Shown: one piece after another, positions 38,301 to 46,479 of the stretch
Layout of the letters: every line of letters starts with the position of its first letter
Position numbering within the stretch: position 1 is the first letter of the stretch
Origin: an uncultured Armatimonadetes bacterium
Lineage (GTDB): Bacteria > Armatimonadota > UBA5829 > DTJY01
NCBI GenBank assembly: GCA_963717145.1
Contig: OY970325.1
Coordinates: 3,616,001 to 3,680,000, forward strand
DNA length: 64,000 bases
Direction of reading: 5' to 3'
Notes under the pieces: generated by a model
Databases searched by the model: none
Seen by the model: only the letters and a program-made list of their open reading frames with translations
Told to the model about the DNA's origin: nothing
Translations under genes and position numbers: made by a program

Positions 38301-40148
38301 GTGCAGAAGGACAGCTCGACGATCACCGCCGTCGTGCATAACTACACGGGCAGGGGTCAGCGCGCGGAGGTCGAGATAAAGGCTCCGGGCCTGCGCATCG
38401 ACGGAAGGGCGAAACAGAGTGTCCGCGTTCGGGACGGCGGCGTGGAGCGGCTCGACTGGCGGGTGAGCGCTCCGACACCCGGATCGTTCACCGTCACCGT
38501 GCGGGCGACCGGTGAGACTGCGGGCGATGCAATGCAGCTCGACATCCCGGTGTACCCACACGGCGTCGAGCACGTGATTGCGGAGACGGGATCGCTCACG
38601 GGCACGAAATCCGCCGGAATGAACGTGACCATCCGCAACGATTCGATCCCCGGGGTCACAAAGCTGAAGATCCGGCTCGCCCCGTCGCTCGCCGCCACGA
38701 TGCTCGGATCTCTCGACTACCTGGCTCAGTATCCATACGGCTGCACGGAGCAGACCACCAGCGCATTCATCCCCGACGTGGTACTCAGCCGCACGTTGAA
38801 GGAGCTTGGAATGCGCAATCCCAAGCTCGAGGCCAAGCTGCCCGACATGGTGGCGAAGGGGCTGTTCCGACTCTATCGGTTCCAGCTCGACGATGGCGGC
38901 TGGTCGTGGGGCGAGTACGGCAAGTCCGATCCGTGGATGACCGCCTACGTCTGCTACGGACTCGTCATGGCGCGTAATGCCGGCTTCCCGGTGAACGACG
39001 GAGTACTCGGACGCGGGTTCGAGACGCTTGCCCAGCAGGTTGCCGGGAAGAAGATCGACGCTGCTACAAGAACGTTCGGCCTCTACGTCCTCGCGCTCGC
39101 CGGTCAGGATGTCAGCAGCCAACTCACGGGCATCGCCGACAGAACGGATCTCGACAGCCGGTCGCTCGCCCTCGTCGCACTGGGCTTCTCGCGACTCGGT
39201 CGGCCCGAGGAGGCGAAGAGCGCTCTGCACAGGCTGTTCGCGCAGTCGGTCTCGGAGGCAGGAATGGTCCACTGGGGCCACGGTGACCAGTACTTCGGCG
39301 GCGGCGTCGAAACCACAGCGCTCGGCCTGAAGGCCGTTATGACGATCACCCCGAAGGACCCGCGCGCATTCAAGATCGTCCGCTGGCTGATGCACGAGAG
39401 GCGGGGAGACTGCTGGTACTCGACGAGGGATACCGCGATGGTCCTCTACGCGATGGCCGAATTCCTGAAGCAGACCAAAGAACTCAGCGCCGATTCCAAC
39501 ATCGTAGTCGTGCTGAACGGCAAGACAGTCGCCAGGACGCACTTCGGCAAGCAGTCGATCGGGGATCCCGAGTTCGAGGTGACGCTCACGAGCCGCGACC
39601 TCCGGAAGGGCAGGAACTCGCTGGAGATCAGAAAGACCGGCGTCGGAAACCTCTACTACACCACGCAGTTGACGCAGTGGGTCGCGAGAGACCATATTCC
39701 GGCCACAGTATCCGGCTCGGGTGTGTCGATCCGGAGGCAGTACTACAACCCATCGGCCCGCTACTATGAGAAGTACTCCGACAAGTATCTCGGCTCGCAG
39801 GTGGATCGGTGCAGGCCCGGCGACGTCATCCTGGTGCGGCTCATCGTCACCGCGAGCGCTCCCCTGGATCATCTGCTCATCGAGGACTTCATCCCCTCAG
39901 GCTGCGAGATCATCGACAAGGGGAGCGTGAACCCCTGGGAATGGAGCTACTGGTGGATCGGGCAGGACGTCAGAGATGAGAAGACGTCCTTCTATGTCCA
40001 TGAACTGCCCAAAGGGAAGCACGTGATCGGGTATCAGATGCGCGCCGGCTTCTCGGGCGATTTCCACGCGCTCCCGGCACAGGTGTTCGCCATGTACGAT
40101 CCCCAGGTGCGGGCGGCCAGCGAGGAAACGGAGTTCACGATCAGATGA
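35379..40148 (+). CDS. Bacterial alpha-2-macroglobulin family protein with N-terminal carboxypeptidase-regulatory-like domain
   Basis: YTDRPVYRPGQ, YRKPEF, VVDEAI, VRKRFVDTAFW, MPDNLTTW, thioester motif YPYGCTEQ, AMYDPQV. Confidence 0.93.
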   Translation: MAASRLFRLNAAILVAVVCIFALLAIAISQETSIGALRGKVIIQENGNPISVPVHLTPLFQTDGGRPRYETTSTRDGSFSFRNLPVGYYKLEITAKAHYISPVDIAISEGKTTNIEVELAPEPPSLDLLVHQHIFTPDERPQITCKGFVPSDDLAVRIYRVDLNSFLVESSGDLQSLLGGRSYYDESGPPVILDGNPALTLAKSLLVPIKTRDLEGVFIQRINLPRLAPGLYVTEVNVGGLQRVDLSGDKADNLQRLGWVMVTSLGLITKSAGSDTLAYTVDLKTGAPVASADVTMYQDSKAVASGKTGADGLLTLRRLATAGGESKSTTVARSGGSFAFVSSWLYSEEQADKLVYAYTDRPVYRPGQKVFFRGIVRQIKQDGYNTPASMPVTVEVRDPDDTLIYRATKRTDKFGAYSGGFPLNPETSSGYYTLVSTPGGHGQGEPVGFQVMSYRKPEFSVKVDFPRKQYVRGETVHAKVSATYYFGAPVANAKVACTIHRSPYWLFDSEMAEEYEEDYEGGYEDYGGYGEMVKEVEARTNSNGEAEITFPADWPQPKGNDAWDSDQQFTVEATVTDVSNREATGNGSVVATRGDFAIEVQSDRYVVEPGASVGVSIRAVDYDKHPMKNQDITVQIGYQNWTDKGESKFDEIREERLTTDSSGVTHMSVKAAKPGELQVIAKSRDRRGNHIVSSAGVWAYSGAYEYEYGSARFPDLQIVTDKKTYDPGDTATVLINTKTPGATALVTIEGSRVYDRMTVRLKGKTTMVRIPVKSEYKPNFYIGVCFVKNKGFTEQQARAKVTLNAQSLNIKVQPDKPKYRPGEKATYKIKVTDGSGKPVVAQLSVGVVDEAIYAIAEDRTDPILDFFYSRRYNQVQTSFSFPEIYLSDPDKAGAPAVSKPVRVRKRFVDTAFWTATVVTDAAGEATVSFTMPDNLTTWRTTVRGITAETSCGQTTGSVLARQDFLVRLEMPRFLVQKDSSTITAVVHNYTGRGQRAEVEIKAPGLRIDGRAKQSVRVRDGGVERLDWRVSAPTPGSFTVTVRATGETAGDAMQLDIPVYPHGVEHVIAETGSLTGTKSAGMNVTIRNDSIPGVTKLKIRLAPSLAATMLGSLDYLAQYPYGCTEQTTSAFIPDVVLSRTLKELGMRNPKLEAKLPDMVAKGLFRLYRFQLDDGGWSWGEYGKSDPWMTAYVCYGLVMARNAGFPVNDGVLGRGFETLAQQVAGKKIDAATRTFGLYVLALAGQDVSSQLTGIADRTDLDSRSLALVALGFSRLGRPEEAKSALHRLFAQSVSEAGMVHWGHGDQYFGGGVETTALGLKAVMTITPKDPRAFKIVRWLMHERRGDCWYSTRDTAMVLYAMAEFLKQTKELSADSNIVVVLNGKTVARTHFGKQSIGDPEFEVTLTSRDLRKGRNSLEIRKTGVGNLYYTTQLTQWVARDHIPATVSGSGVSIRRQYYNPSARYYEKYSDKYLGSQVDRCRPGDVILVRLIVTASAPLDHLLIEDFIPSGCEIIDKGSVNPWEWSYWWIGQDVRDEKTSFYVHELPKGKHVIGYQMRAGFSGDFHALPAQVFAMYDPQVRAASEETEFTIR

Positions 40149-40915
40149 AGACCCGCATGTGCGCCGTGGGAATCGGTATGGCCATGATCGTAGCGATGGG
40201 CGTCTGGGCCGCAGTCGCACCCGGCGGCGAGCGCGAGATCGCCTGCTACGTCACGTCCCTGCGGGGCCGGACTGACTCGCAGGTCTTCAACGCCGCCCTC
40301 GCGACAAAGAAGATCACGAATACGGTGATCGAACCCGGGCAGGTCTTCTCATTCCTCAAGACCGTCGGGCCGTGGACGGCCGACATGGGGTACGAGAAGG
40401 CCCCGGTGAGCTATGACGGCGAACTGGTCAGAAGCTGGGGCGGCGGCGTATGTCAGGTCTCCACCACGCTCTACAATGCGGCGCTGCTTGCCGGGCTGGA
40501 GATCGTCGAGCGGCACAATCATCACTGGCCCGCCAGATATGCGCCACTCGGACGAGACGCCGCCGTCGCCAATGGGGACATAGATTTGCGGTTCAGGAAC
40601 AATCTCCCCGCGCCGGTCCGGATCGTTGGCGAGATCGAGGGCGAGAACCTAGTGGTCCGCGTGATGTCGAGGTGCAAGCCGTCGTGCGAAGTCCGAATCG
40701 AGGCCGAGACGTGGTCGGTCACCGCGCCGAACGAGGTCATCCAGGATCGCACGACCGATCATACGGGCCGATGGAAGCTCGTGAATCGGGGACATCCCGG
40801 ATTCTATGTGGCAACCTACCGCAGGTTCATCTCGCCCGATGGAAGCCGAAGAGAGCTGCTCGCCGAGGATTCCTACCCCGCGATGAACCGCATCGTCCGC
40901 ATCACCGAGCGGTAG
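40145..40915 (+). CDS. VanW family protein
   Basis: PGQVFSFLKTVG, GGGVCQVSTTLYNAALLAGLEIVERHNH, GRDAAV, DLRFRN; ATGA overlap with A2M. Confidence 0.9.
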   Translation: MKTRMCAVGIGMAMIVAMGVWAAVAPGGEREIACYVTSLRGRTDSQVFNAALATKKITNTVIEPGQVFSFLKTVGPWTADMGYEKAPVSYDGELVRSWGGGVCQVSTTLYNAALLAGLEIVERHNHHWPARYAPLGRDAAVANGDIDLRFRNNLPAPVRIVGEIEGENLVVRVMSRCKPSCEVRIEAETWSVTAPNEVIQDRTTDHTGRWKLVNRGHPGFYVATYRRFISPDGSRRELLAEDSYPAMNRIVRITER

Positions 40916-40959
40916 TCGCAGACGTGCAGAGGAACAGCACACGTGTATTGGAGGGAGCA

Positions 40960-42438
40960 ATGAGAGCATACTGCGCCGCTTGGCATATACTCGGAAGACA
41001 GCACATCCACGGGCGGATCGGAGCGCGGAGGAAGACGCTGGCCGTCTTGGCCGTAATCGGGCTCTGCCGATCGAGTGACCCGGTGTCGGCCGCACAGGAG
41101 ATGGCGGATGTCAGGAAAGACAAGCCCGGCGTAGCCTACCACGTCAGCGCCGGCACCGGAAAAGACTCGAACGATGGCCTGTCACCTCAGTCGGCCTGGC
41201 AGACGATCGCGCGCGTGAACTCGGCGCATCTGAGACCGGGAGACTCCGTCCTGTTCAAGAGAAGCGATACGTGGCGGGGGCAGCTCGTGCCGATCAGTGG
41301 AGATGCGACCGGGCAGGTCACATACGGCGCTTATGGCAAGGGGGCGAAGCCTCGCATCTTTGGTTCCGTTCAGAGAAACAGCCGGACCGACTGGCATGAC
41401 CGGGGCGGCAACGTGTGGGAGACCGAGAGCATCCCGGTGGACGTGGGGAATATCATCCTTGACGAGGGGAAAGCCGTAGGCATCAAGGTCTGGAGCCGGA
41501 AGGATGTGGATCGGCCATACAGATTCTGCTATGACCGGGACAAGACCTCGGCCGTAATGTACTGCGAGGAGAACCCGGCGAAGCGGTACTCGAGTATCGA
41601 ATGCGCGCTTACCAGGAACGTTATCCACGAAGACCACAGGAGTTATGTTACCTACAGCGACCTCGACGTGCGTTATGGCGGGGCACATGGGATAGGAGGC
41701 GTCAGTACCAGCCATATCGTGGTGAGGGACTGCGATTTCTCCTTCATCGGAGGCGGACTTCTGCACACCACCGAGTCCGGGAAGCCTGTCAGGTATGGCA
41801 ACGGAGTCGAGTTCTGGGACGATGCCCACGACAACCTGGTCGAAAGATGCAGGCTATGGGAGATATATGACGCCGCGCTCACCAATCAGGGATTGGGCAC
41901 AAACACCCAGGCCAACATCTTCTACCGCAACAACGTCATCTGGAATTGTGAGTACTCCTTTGAATACTGGAACCGGCCGGGGGACTCGATTACGAGAAAC
42001 ATCCGCTTCGAGAACAACACCTGCGTCAATGCCGGACATGGATGGGGTCATAGCCAGAGACCGGATCCGAGCGGCAGACACCTGATGTTCTACGAGAACA
42101 GCGCCAAGACGACATCGTTCTTCGTACGCAACAACATCTTCTATCAGATGCCCAGGGACAAGGAATGCTGCCTGTACCTGGGGAATGACTGGTCGGCCGG
42201 ACTGGTCGTGGACCACAACTGCTGGTACCAGCCATCGGGGACCATGATACGCTGGGGGGCGGACTCCTACACGATGAACGAGCTGCCGGCCTATCAGGCG
42301 AAGACGGGTAAGGACATCAACTCGGTGGCCGCAGACCCGCGCCTTGTTGACATAGATCGCCTCGACTTCCGTCCCGCTCCGGACAGCCCGGTCCTCAGGC
42401 TCACTGCTGAGGGAAGCTACGCAGGCGCGCTGCCGTAG
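40960..42438 (+). CDS. Right-handed parallel beta-helix protein (polysaccharide lyase-like); start uncertain
   Basis: YHVSAGTGKDSNDGLSPQSAWQTI, PGDSVLFKR, RYGNGVEFW, repeated NN motifs; GGAGGGAG before ATG 40960. Confidence 0.75.
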   Translation: MRAYCAAWHILGRQHIHGRIGARRKTLAVLAVIGLCRSSDPVSAAQEMADVRKDKPGVAYHVSAGTGKDSNDGLSPQSAWQTIARVNSAHLRPGDSVLFKRSDTWRGQLVPISGDATGQVTYGAYGKGAKPRIFGSVQRNSRTDWHDRGGNVWETESIPVDVGNIILDEGKAVGIKVWSRKDVDRPYRFCYDRDKTSAVMYCEENPAKRYSSIECALTRNVIHEDHRSYVTYSDLDVRYGGAHGIGGVSTSHIVVRDCDFSFIGGGLLHTTESGKPVRYGNGVEFWDDAHDNLVERCRLWEIYDAALTNQGLGTNTQANIFYRNNVIWNCEYSFEYWNRPGDSITRNIRFENNTCVNAGHGWGHSQRPDPSGRHLMFYENSAKTTSFFVRNNIFYQMPRDKECCLYLGNDWSAGLVVDHNCWYQPSGTMIRWGADSYTMNELPAYQAKTGKDINSVAADPRLVDIDRLDFRPAPDSPVLRLTAEGSYAGALP

Positions 42439-42512
42439 GATGACGCTCTGCCTGACCCGCGACGAACTGCATCTTCCGTATCACTGAGCGTTGATGGTGC
42501 TCGCGAACGAGC

Positions 42513-42621
42513 ACCGTCTAGTCCTGAGTGCGCCTCTGGGCGTGTAACGAAGGACGGCCTTGTGGCACTCCGTAGACCGTCCTTCGTTACACGCCCAGAG
42601 GCGCACTCAGGACTAGACGGT
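42513..42621. repeat. Long palindromic element, copy 2
   Basis: Perfect 45-bp inverted repeat between convergent genes. Confidence 0.9.
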
Positions 42622-42629
42622 AGAGGCGA

Positions 42630-43842
42630 TCAAACTTCGCTGATCATCCCGGCGAGGACCTCATCCGCTATGGAGTCCCTCGCGAGCAGTGCCGCGCCGC
42701 GCGCGCCCATCAGGTCATCGCCCTCGAAGAAGCTGATCTCAGGCAGCATGTTTCCGACCCGGCTGATCTCCTCCACGACGCCATCGAGTATCCGGCGCTT
42801 GGTCTGCGCTGGGAACTTGTTGAACATCCCCTCGATCAGCACCGAGTCCGGGTTGTAGGCAACCACCGCGTTGCAGATCGTCTGAGTGAATGCGGGCACC
42901 GCCGTGCTGAGCCATTCGCGGACAACCGGATCGTTCGGCGAACCGAGGAGGTCCTGAAATGGCCGATCATCGCCGTTCCCGCGCGCCCATGCCAGGAGCG
43001 ACGAGCCCGTGCAAACGTCGCAGTAGCGCCTGCCATCCCCGTACGGAAGCAGCCCGAGGTCGCCGGCGTAGTGCGATGCGCCGGTATAGAGCCGGCCATC
43101 CCACACCAATGCCGCCGCGAGCCCGAACCGATTCAGGATGACCATCTCGATCCCGTCGCCTCGAGGGTTGTGCATCCTGTGATGGCCGGCCGTGAAGCAG
43201 TAGCTGTTACCGGCGGCGGTGATCGGCAGGCCGCACCTTGCCTGCACCGCCGGGACGAACTCGAGCGAGGCCTTCCCGAACTGGAAATCGGTCTGCACGC
43301 TCCCCCGAGCCACGTCGTTCACCGGCCCGGGCAGCCCGAGCCCGACGGCACAGACCGACGGTTCCTGCTCTGCGGTCTGTAGGGGCGTGCCTTGTGCCGC
43401 CCGGCATGCGCCTTGCGCCTGCACACCTGCGCTCACGGGCGGCACAAGGCACGCCCCTACAGACCCGGCAAGATGGCCGGCCACCTCCGCCACGGAGGAG
43501 ACGATCTCCTCGGGGCTCGCGGCGGGAGAGATCGGTCGCCGCAGCTCGGCGGTGACCTGGTTGGCAAAATCGAGGACCACGCCCCGGACGTGGGTCGCCT
43601 CGACATCGACGCCGACCGTCGAGCCGAGCGAGGATTGGAGAGCTATCACCTGCGACCACGGCCCGCGCTTGCCGGTCTGCTCCTGATGACCGCCGACGAT
43701 CAGCCCGGACTCCCTGAATCCTGCGACCAGTCGAAAGACGTTCGGGAGGCTCATCGCAAGGTCCTCCGAGGCGCCCTTGCAGGTCGCGCCGGGATGATCG
43801 AGCACGTATCGCAGGAGGTTGATATTCGTCCGCTCGGCCGAT
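42630..43842 (-). CDS. ROK family transcriptional regulator; start approximate
   Basis: N-terminal HTH (SEDLAMSLPNVFRLV), VGVDVE, VGLGLPG, GASHYAGDLG, GARGAA. Confidence 0.8.
43374..43465. repeat. GTAG-type REP doublet in frame inside the ROK gene
   Basis: Perfect 30-bp inverted repeat GGTCTGTAGGGGCGTGCCTTGTGCCGCCCG. Confidence 0.85.
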
Positions 43843-43863
43843 CTCTGCCTTCTTCCGGTGAAA

Positions 43864-44665
43864 CTAGCCGAGGTCGAAGAGCTTTCTCGCATTGTCATAG
43901 AGGAACTTCCGCTCTGAATCCGCGCCCCACCCCATGCCCCTGATCTTGGCGATCTGATCGGCAACCGTGTCGGCGAGTTCGGATGCGTGAACATCGGAGC
44001 CGAAAACGACCTTGTCCGGCGCGCCGGGCCAGAAGAGCATCTCCTGGAACCAACTGATCGGCTTGGCCTTCCGCCATCCGTCCATCCGGCCGGACATGTC
44101 GCAGTAGACGTTACCGTAGATCCGCGCGAGACCGGTCGCTTCCTCTGCCCATACACCGCCCATGTGCGCGAGGATGACCTTCAGGTCGGGCAGTTCGTTC
44201 GCGATCGCCTCCACGTGTATCGGGCGGGTCCCGCTCGGCGGAGACGCGCTCGCCCTTCATGGACGGGATGTAGAACAGCCCGGTGTGGAACAGGCACGGC
44301 ATGTCGAGTTCGAGCGCCGCCTGATAGATCGGCAGGTAGTCGTAATGGCCATAGTTCTCCCTGGGGATGTGGAACTTGACCCCCTTGAACCCGAGTTCGC
44401 CCCACTTGCGGACCTTCTCCGGGCCGTCAAACCCCGGCCGGACGTAGACGTAGCCGAAGAAGCGGTCGGGATGAGCCTCGACCGCCTTCAACACATCGGC
44501 TTCGTAGAGCGGGCCACAGCTTTCCCCCGCGACGAAGAGTGTCTCGAAGAGCGGGCCCATCGCGATCAGGCCCGTCATCTCGATTGAGAGAGCGTCCATC
44601 TGCCGAAGCAGCGCATCAGCATAGCCCGCCTCACAGACCAGGTGATGATGAACGTCGATTATCAT
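43864..44665 (-). CDS. Amidohydrolase_2 family protein; frameshift near 44225
   Basis: MIIDVHHH, GFKGVKFH, LFHTG, ILAHMGG, VYCDMSG, VFGSD, YDNARKLF. Confidence 0.85.
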
Positions 44666-44683
44666 GCATTTCCTCCCAGCCCT

Positions 44684-44749
44684 GTAGCCTAGCCCTTCAT
44701 GGGCGTTCGCAGTGCCGCCGTCAAGGACGCCCACAAGGGGCTAGGCTAC
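44684..44749. repeat. GTAG-type REP doublet
   Basis: GTAGCCTAGCCC...GGGCTAGGCTAC with inner TGGGCGT/ACGCCCA. Confidence 0.7.
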
Positions 44750-45504
44750 CTCAGCACAAGTGACAGTATCAGTGCGATCCCCGCCAGGAACAGGACGGTG
44801 TAGATCATCCGGCGGAAGAGCAGTTCGTCCATCCGGTGATGCGCCCAGTTGCCCATGACCATGCCGACGAGGTTGAACGGCATGCAGAAGGCGGTCAGGC
44901 GCAGGACCTCGTCCTTGGGCGCGGAACTGAGCGCCCACTGAGTGACCAGCATGCAGTTCAGCGTGAAGAAGACGAGGCACAGCGTCACTCGGAACAGGCT
45001 CTTGTTCGCAAGCACCTTCGTGGCGTAGATGACGATGAGCGGCCCGCCCGATCCGAATGCGCCGTGGATGAATCCGCCGATCGGAAGCAGTGTCGCGGAG
45101 AGCCACTTCATCCTGCGGCTGCCGTTTTCCTTGAGCGTCGGCCTCATGAAATAGCGGAACATCCCCTGGATGCCGATGAGCACCATGAAGGCGGCGAGCA
45201 CCCACTTCAATTCGGTCTCCGGCGTTCGCTCGCGCAGAAAGAGCCCAAACGGGAAGCCGAGGCCCGCGATGGCCAGGATGCGCCAGTACTCCTTCCAGAC
45301 GATGTCCTTCCTGGCGACCAGCACGATGTAGCCCGTGAGCACCCATGCCTGGAGGAAGAGCACCGGGACGGCGGTCTTCAGGCCGACGAGCAGCGCGATG
45401 AACGGGAGCGCAAGTACCGTGCACCCGAAGCCCGTGACCCCTTCCTGGAAATGCGTGAGGAAGATGATGATGGCGATGAGGGAATAACGCATCAGTTCAG
45501 ACAA
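44746..45504 (-). CDS. TauE/SafE family (sulfite exporter-like) membrane protein
   Basis: QEGVTGFG, GGFIHGAFGSGGP, ~8 TM segments. Confidence 0.85.
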   Translation of the reverse strand: MSELMRYSLIAIIIFLTHFQEGVTGFGCTVLALPFIALLVGLKTAVPVLFLQAWVLTGYIVLVARKDIVWKEYWRILAIAGLGFPFGLFLRERTPETELKWVLAAFMVLIGIQGMFRYFMRPTLKENGSRRMKWLSATLLPIGGFIHGAFGSGGPLIVIYATKVLANKSLFRVTLCLVFFTLNCMLVTQWALSSAPKDEVLRLTAFCMPFNLVGMVMGNWAHHRMDELLFRRMIYTVLFLAGIALILSLVLR

Positions 45505-45540
45505 TAACCTGCTCCATAATCGCTCCTAAGGAAGCCCACG

Positions 45541-45653
45541 CCGTCAGTCCTGAGTTCGCCGGTGAATGACGGCGAGTAACGAAGGACGGCCTAGCTGCAC
45601 CGAGCCGTCCTTCGTTACTCGCCGTCATTCACCGGCGAACTCAGGACTGACGG
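45541..45653. repeat. Long palindromic element, copy 3
   Basis: Perfect 50-bp inverted repeat, 13-nt spacer. Confidence 0.9.
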
Positions 45654-45718
45654 TGGTTTCTGACGGAACCAACTGCATACAGTGCAGTAACGTGCTCAGA
45701 ATGACAGCCTCGCGGTGT

Positions 45719-46219
45719 TCATTCCATCGTCTCGATCTCGCGGTCGCGAGCCTGAACGCCGCGCGCCGAGATCTCGTCGCGCGCCTCGGCCCAGAATGCG
45801 CGGACCTTCTCCGGGATCGCGGGCGCATCCTGGAACTTGGTCGTGAGGAAGGCTTCCGCGATCCGGCAGGCCGTGTCCGGCGCGACGATGCTCTCACCCA
45901 TGCAGAGGACGTTCGCATCGTTGACCTTGCGACCGAATTCCGCTGCAAGGGGCGACTCGCACGACACCGCGCATATCCCGGCGAACTTCCCGACCGCGAG
46001 CGCCATCCCCGTTCCGCTCCCACAGCAGAGGATGCCGAGGTCGGCATCGTCGTCCTGCAGGCACTTCGCCGCCCGCTCGGCGATCGAGGGGAACTTGGCG
46101 AACACCGATGTGTCGTAGCATCCCACATCGACCACCTCATGGCCGTTCTGCTCGAGGAACGCCCGCACGGCACTCTTGAGCGCGAAGCCCTTCACGACCG
46201 AACCGATGACTATTCTCAT
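45719..46219 (-). CDS. RpiB/LacA/LacB family sugar-phosphate isomerase
   Basis: MRIVIGS, GHEVVDVG, GILCCGSGTGM, NDANVLCMG. Confidence 0.85.
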   Translation of the reverse strand: MRIVIGSVVKGFALKSAVRAFLEQNGHEVVDVGCYDTSVFAKFPSIAERAAKCLQDDDADLGILCCGSGTGMALAVGKFAGICAVSCESPLAAEFGRKVNDANVLCMGESIVAPDTACRIAEAFLTTKFQDAPAIPEKVRAFWAEARDEISARGVQARDREIETME

Positions 46220-46245
46220 GATGAATCTCCAAACCACGGTACCTT

Positions 46246-46362
46246 GTAGGGGCGAAGCATTGGCCCATCTTGCCGTCACATTGGTAGAAGTTTCAGCGCC
46301 AATGCTTCGCCCCTACGCCTGGCACATCGGTGATGGTTTCAGCGCCATTGCTTCGCCCCTAC
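46246..46362. repeat. GTAG-type REP cluster (doublet plus extra arm)
   Basis: 19-bp inverted repeat GTAGGGGCGAAGCATTGGC; right arm repeated, ending 46362. Confidence 0.8.
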
Positions 46363-46479
46363 ACCAAAGGATAGCAGATCGGTGGGCGCTGTCGCAAGCG
46401 TGTCTTCGCCTCGATGAAGGTAACTGCCCTCTGCCGTCGAACAATCCGATAACACTCACTCCGAATTGGGGGCAGGAAT

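Noticed and set aside
37212-39872. Long antisense ORFs (886 aa here; also 57295-59481, 52981-55182, 18548-20239, 63268-63999)
   Set aside because: Shadow ORFs opposite well-supported genes, expected at high GC
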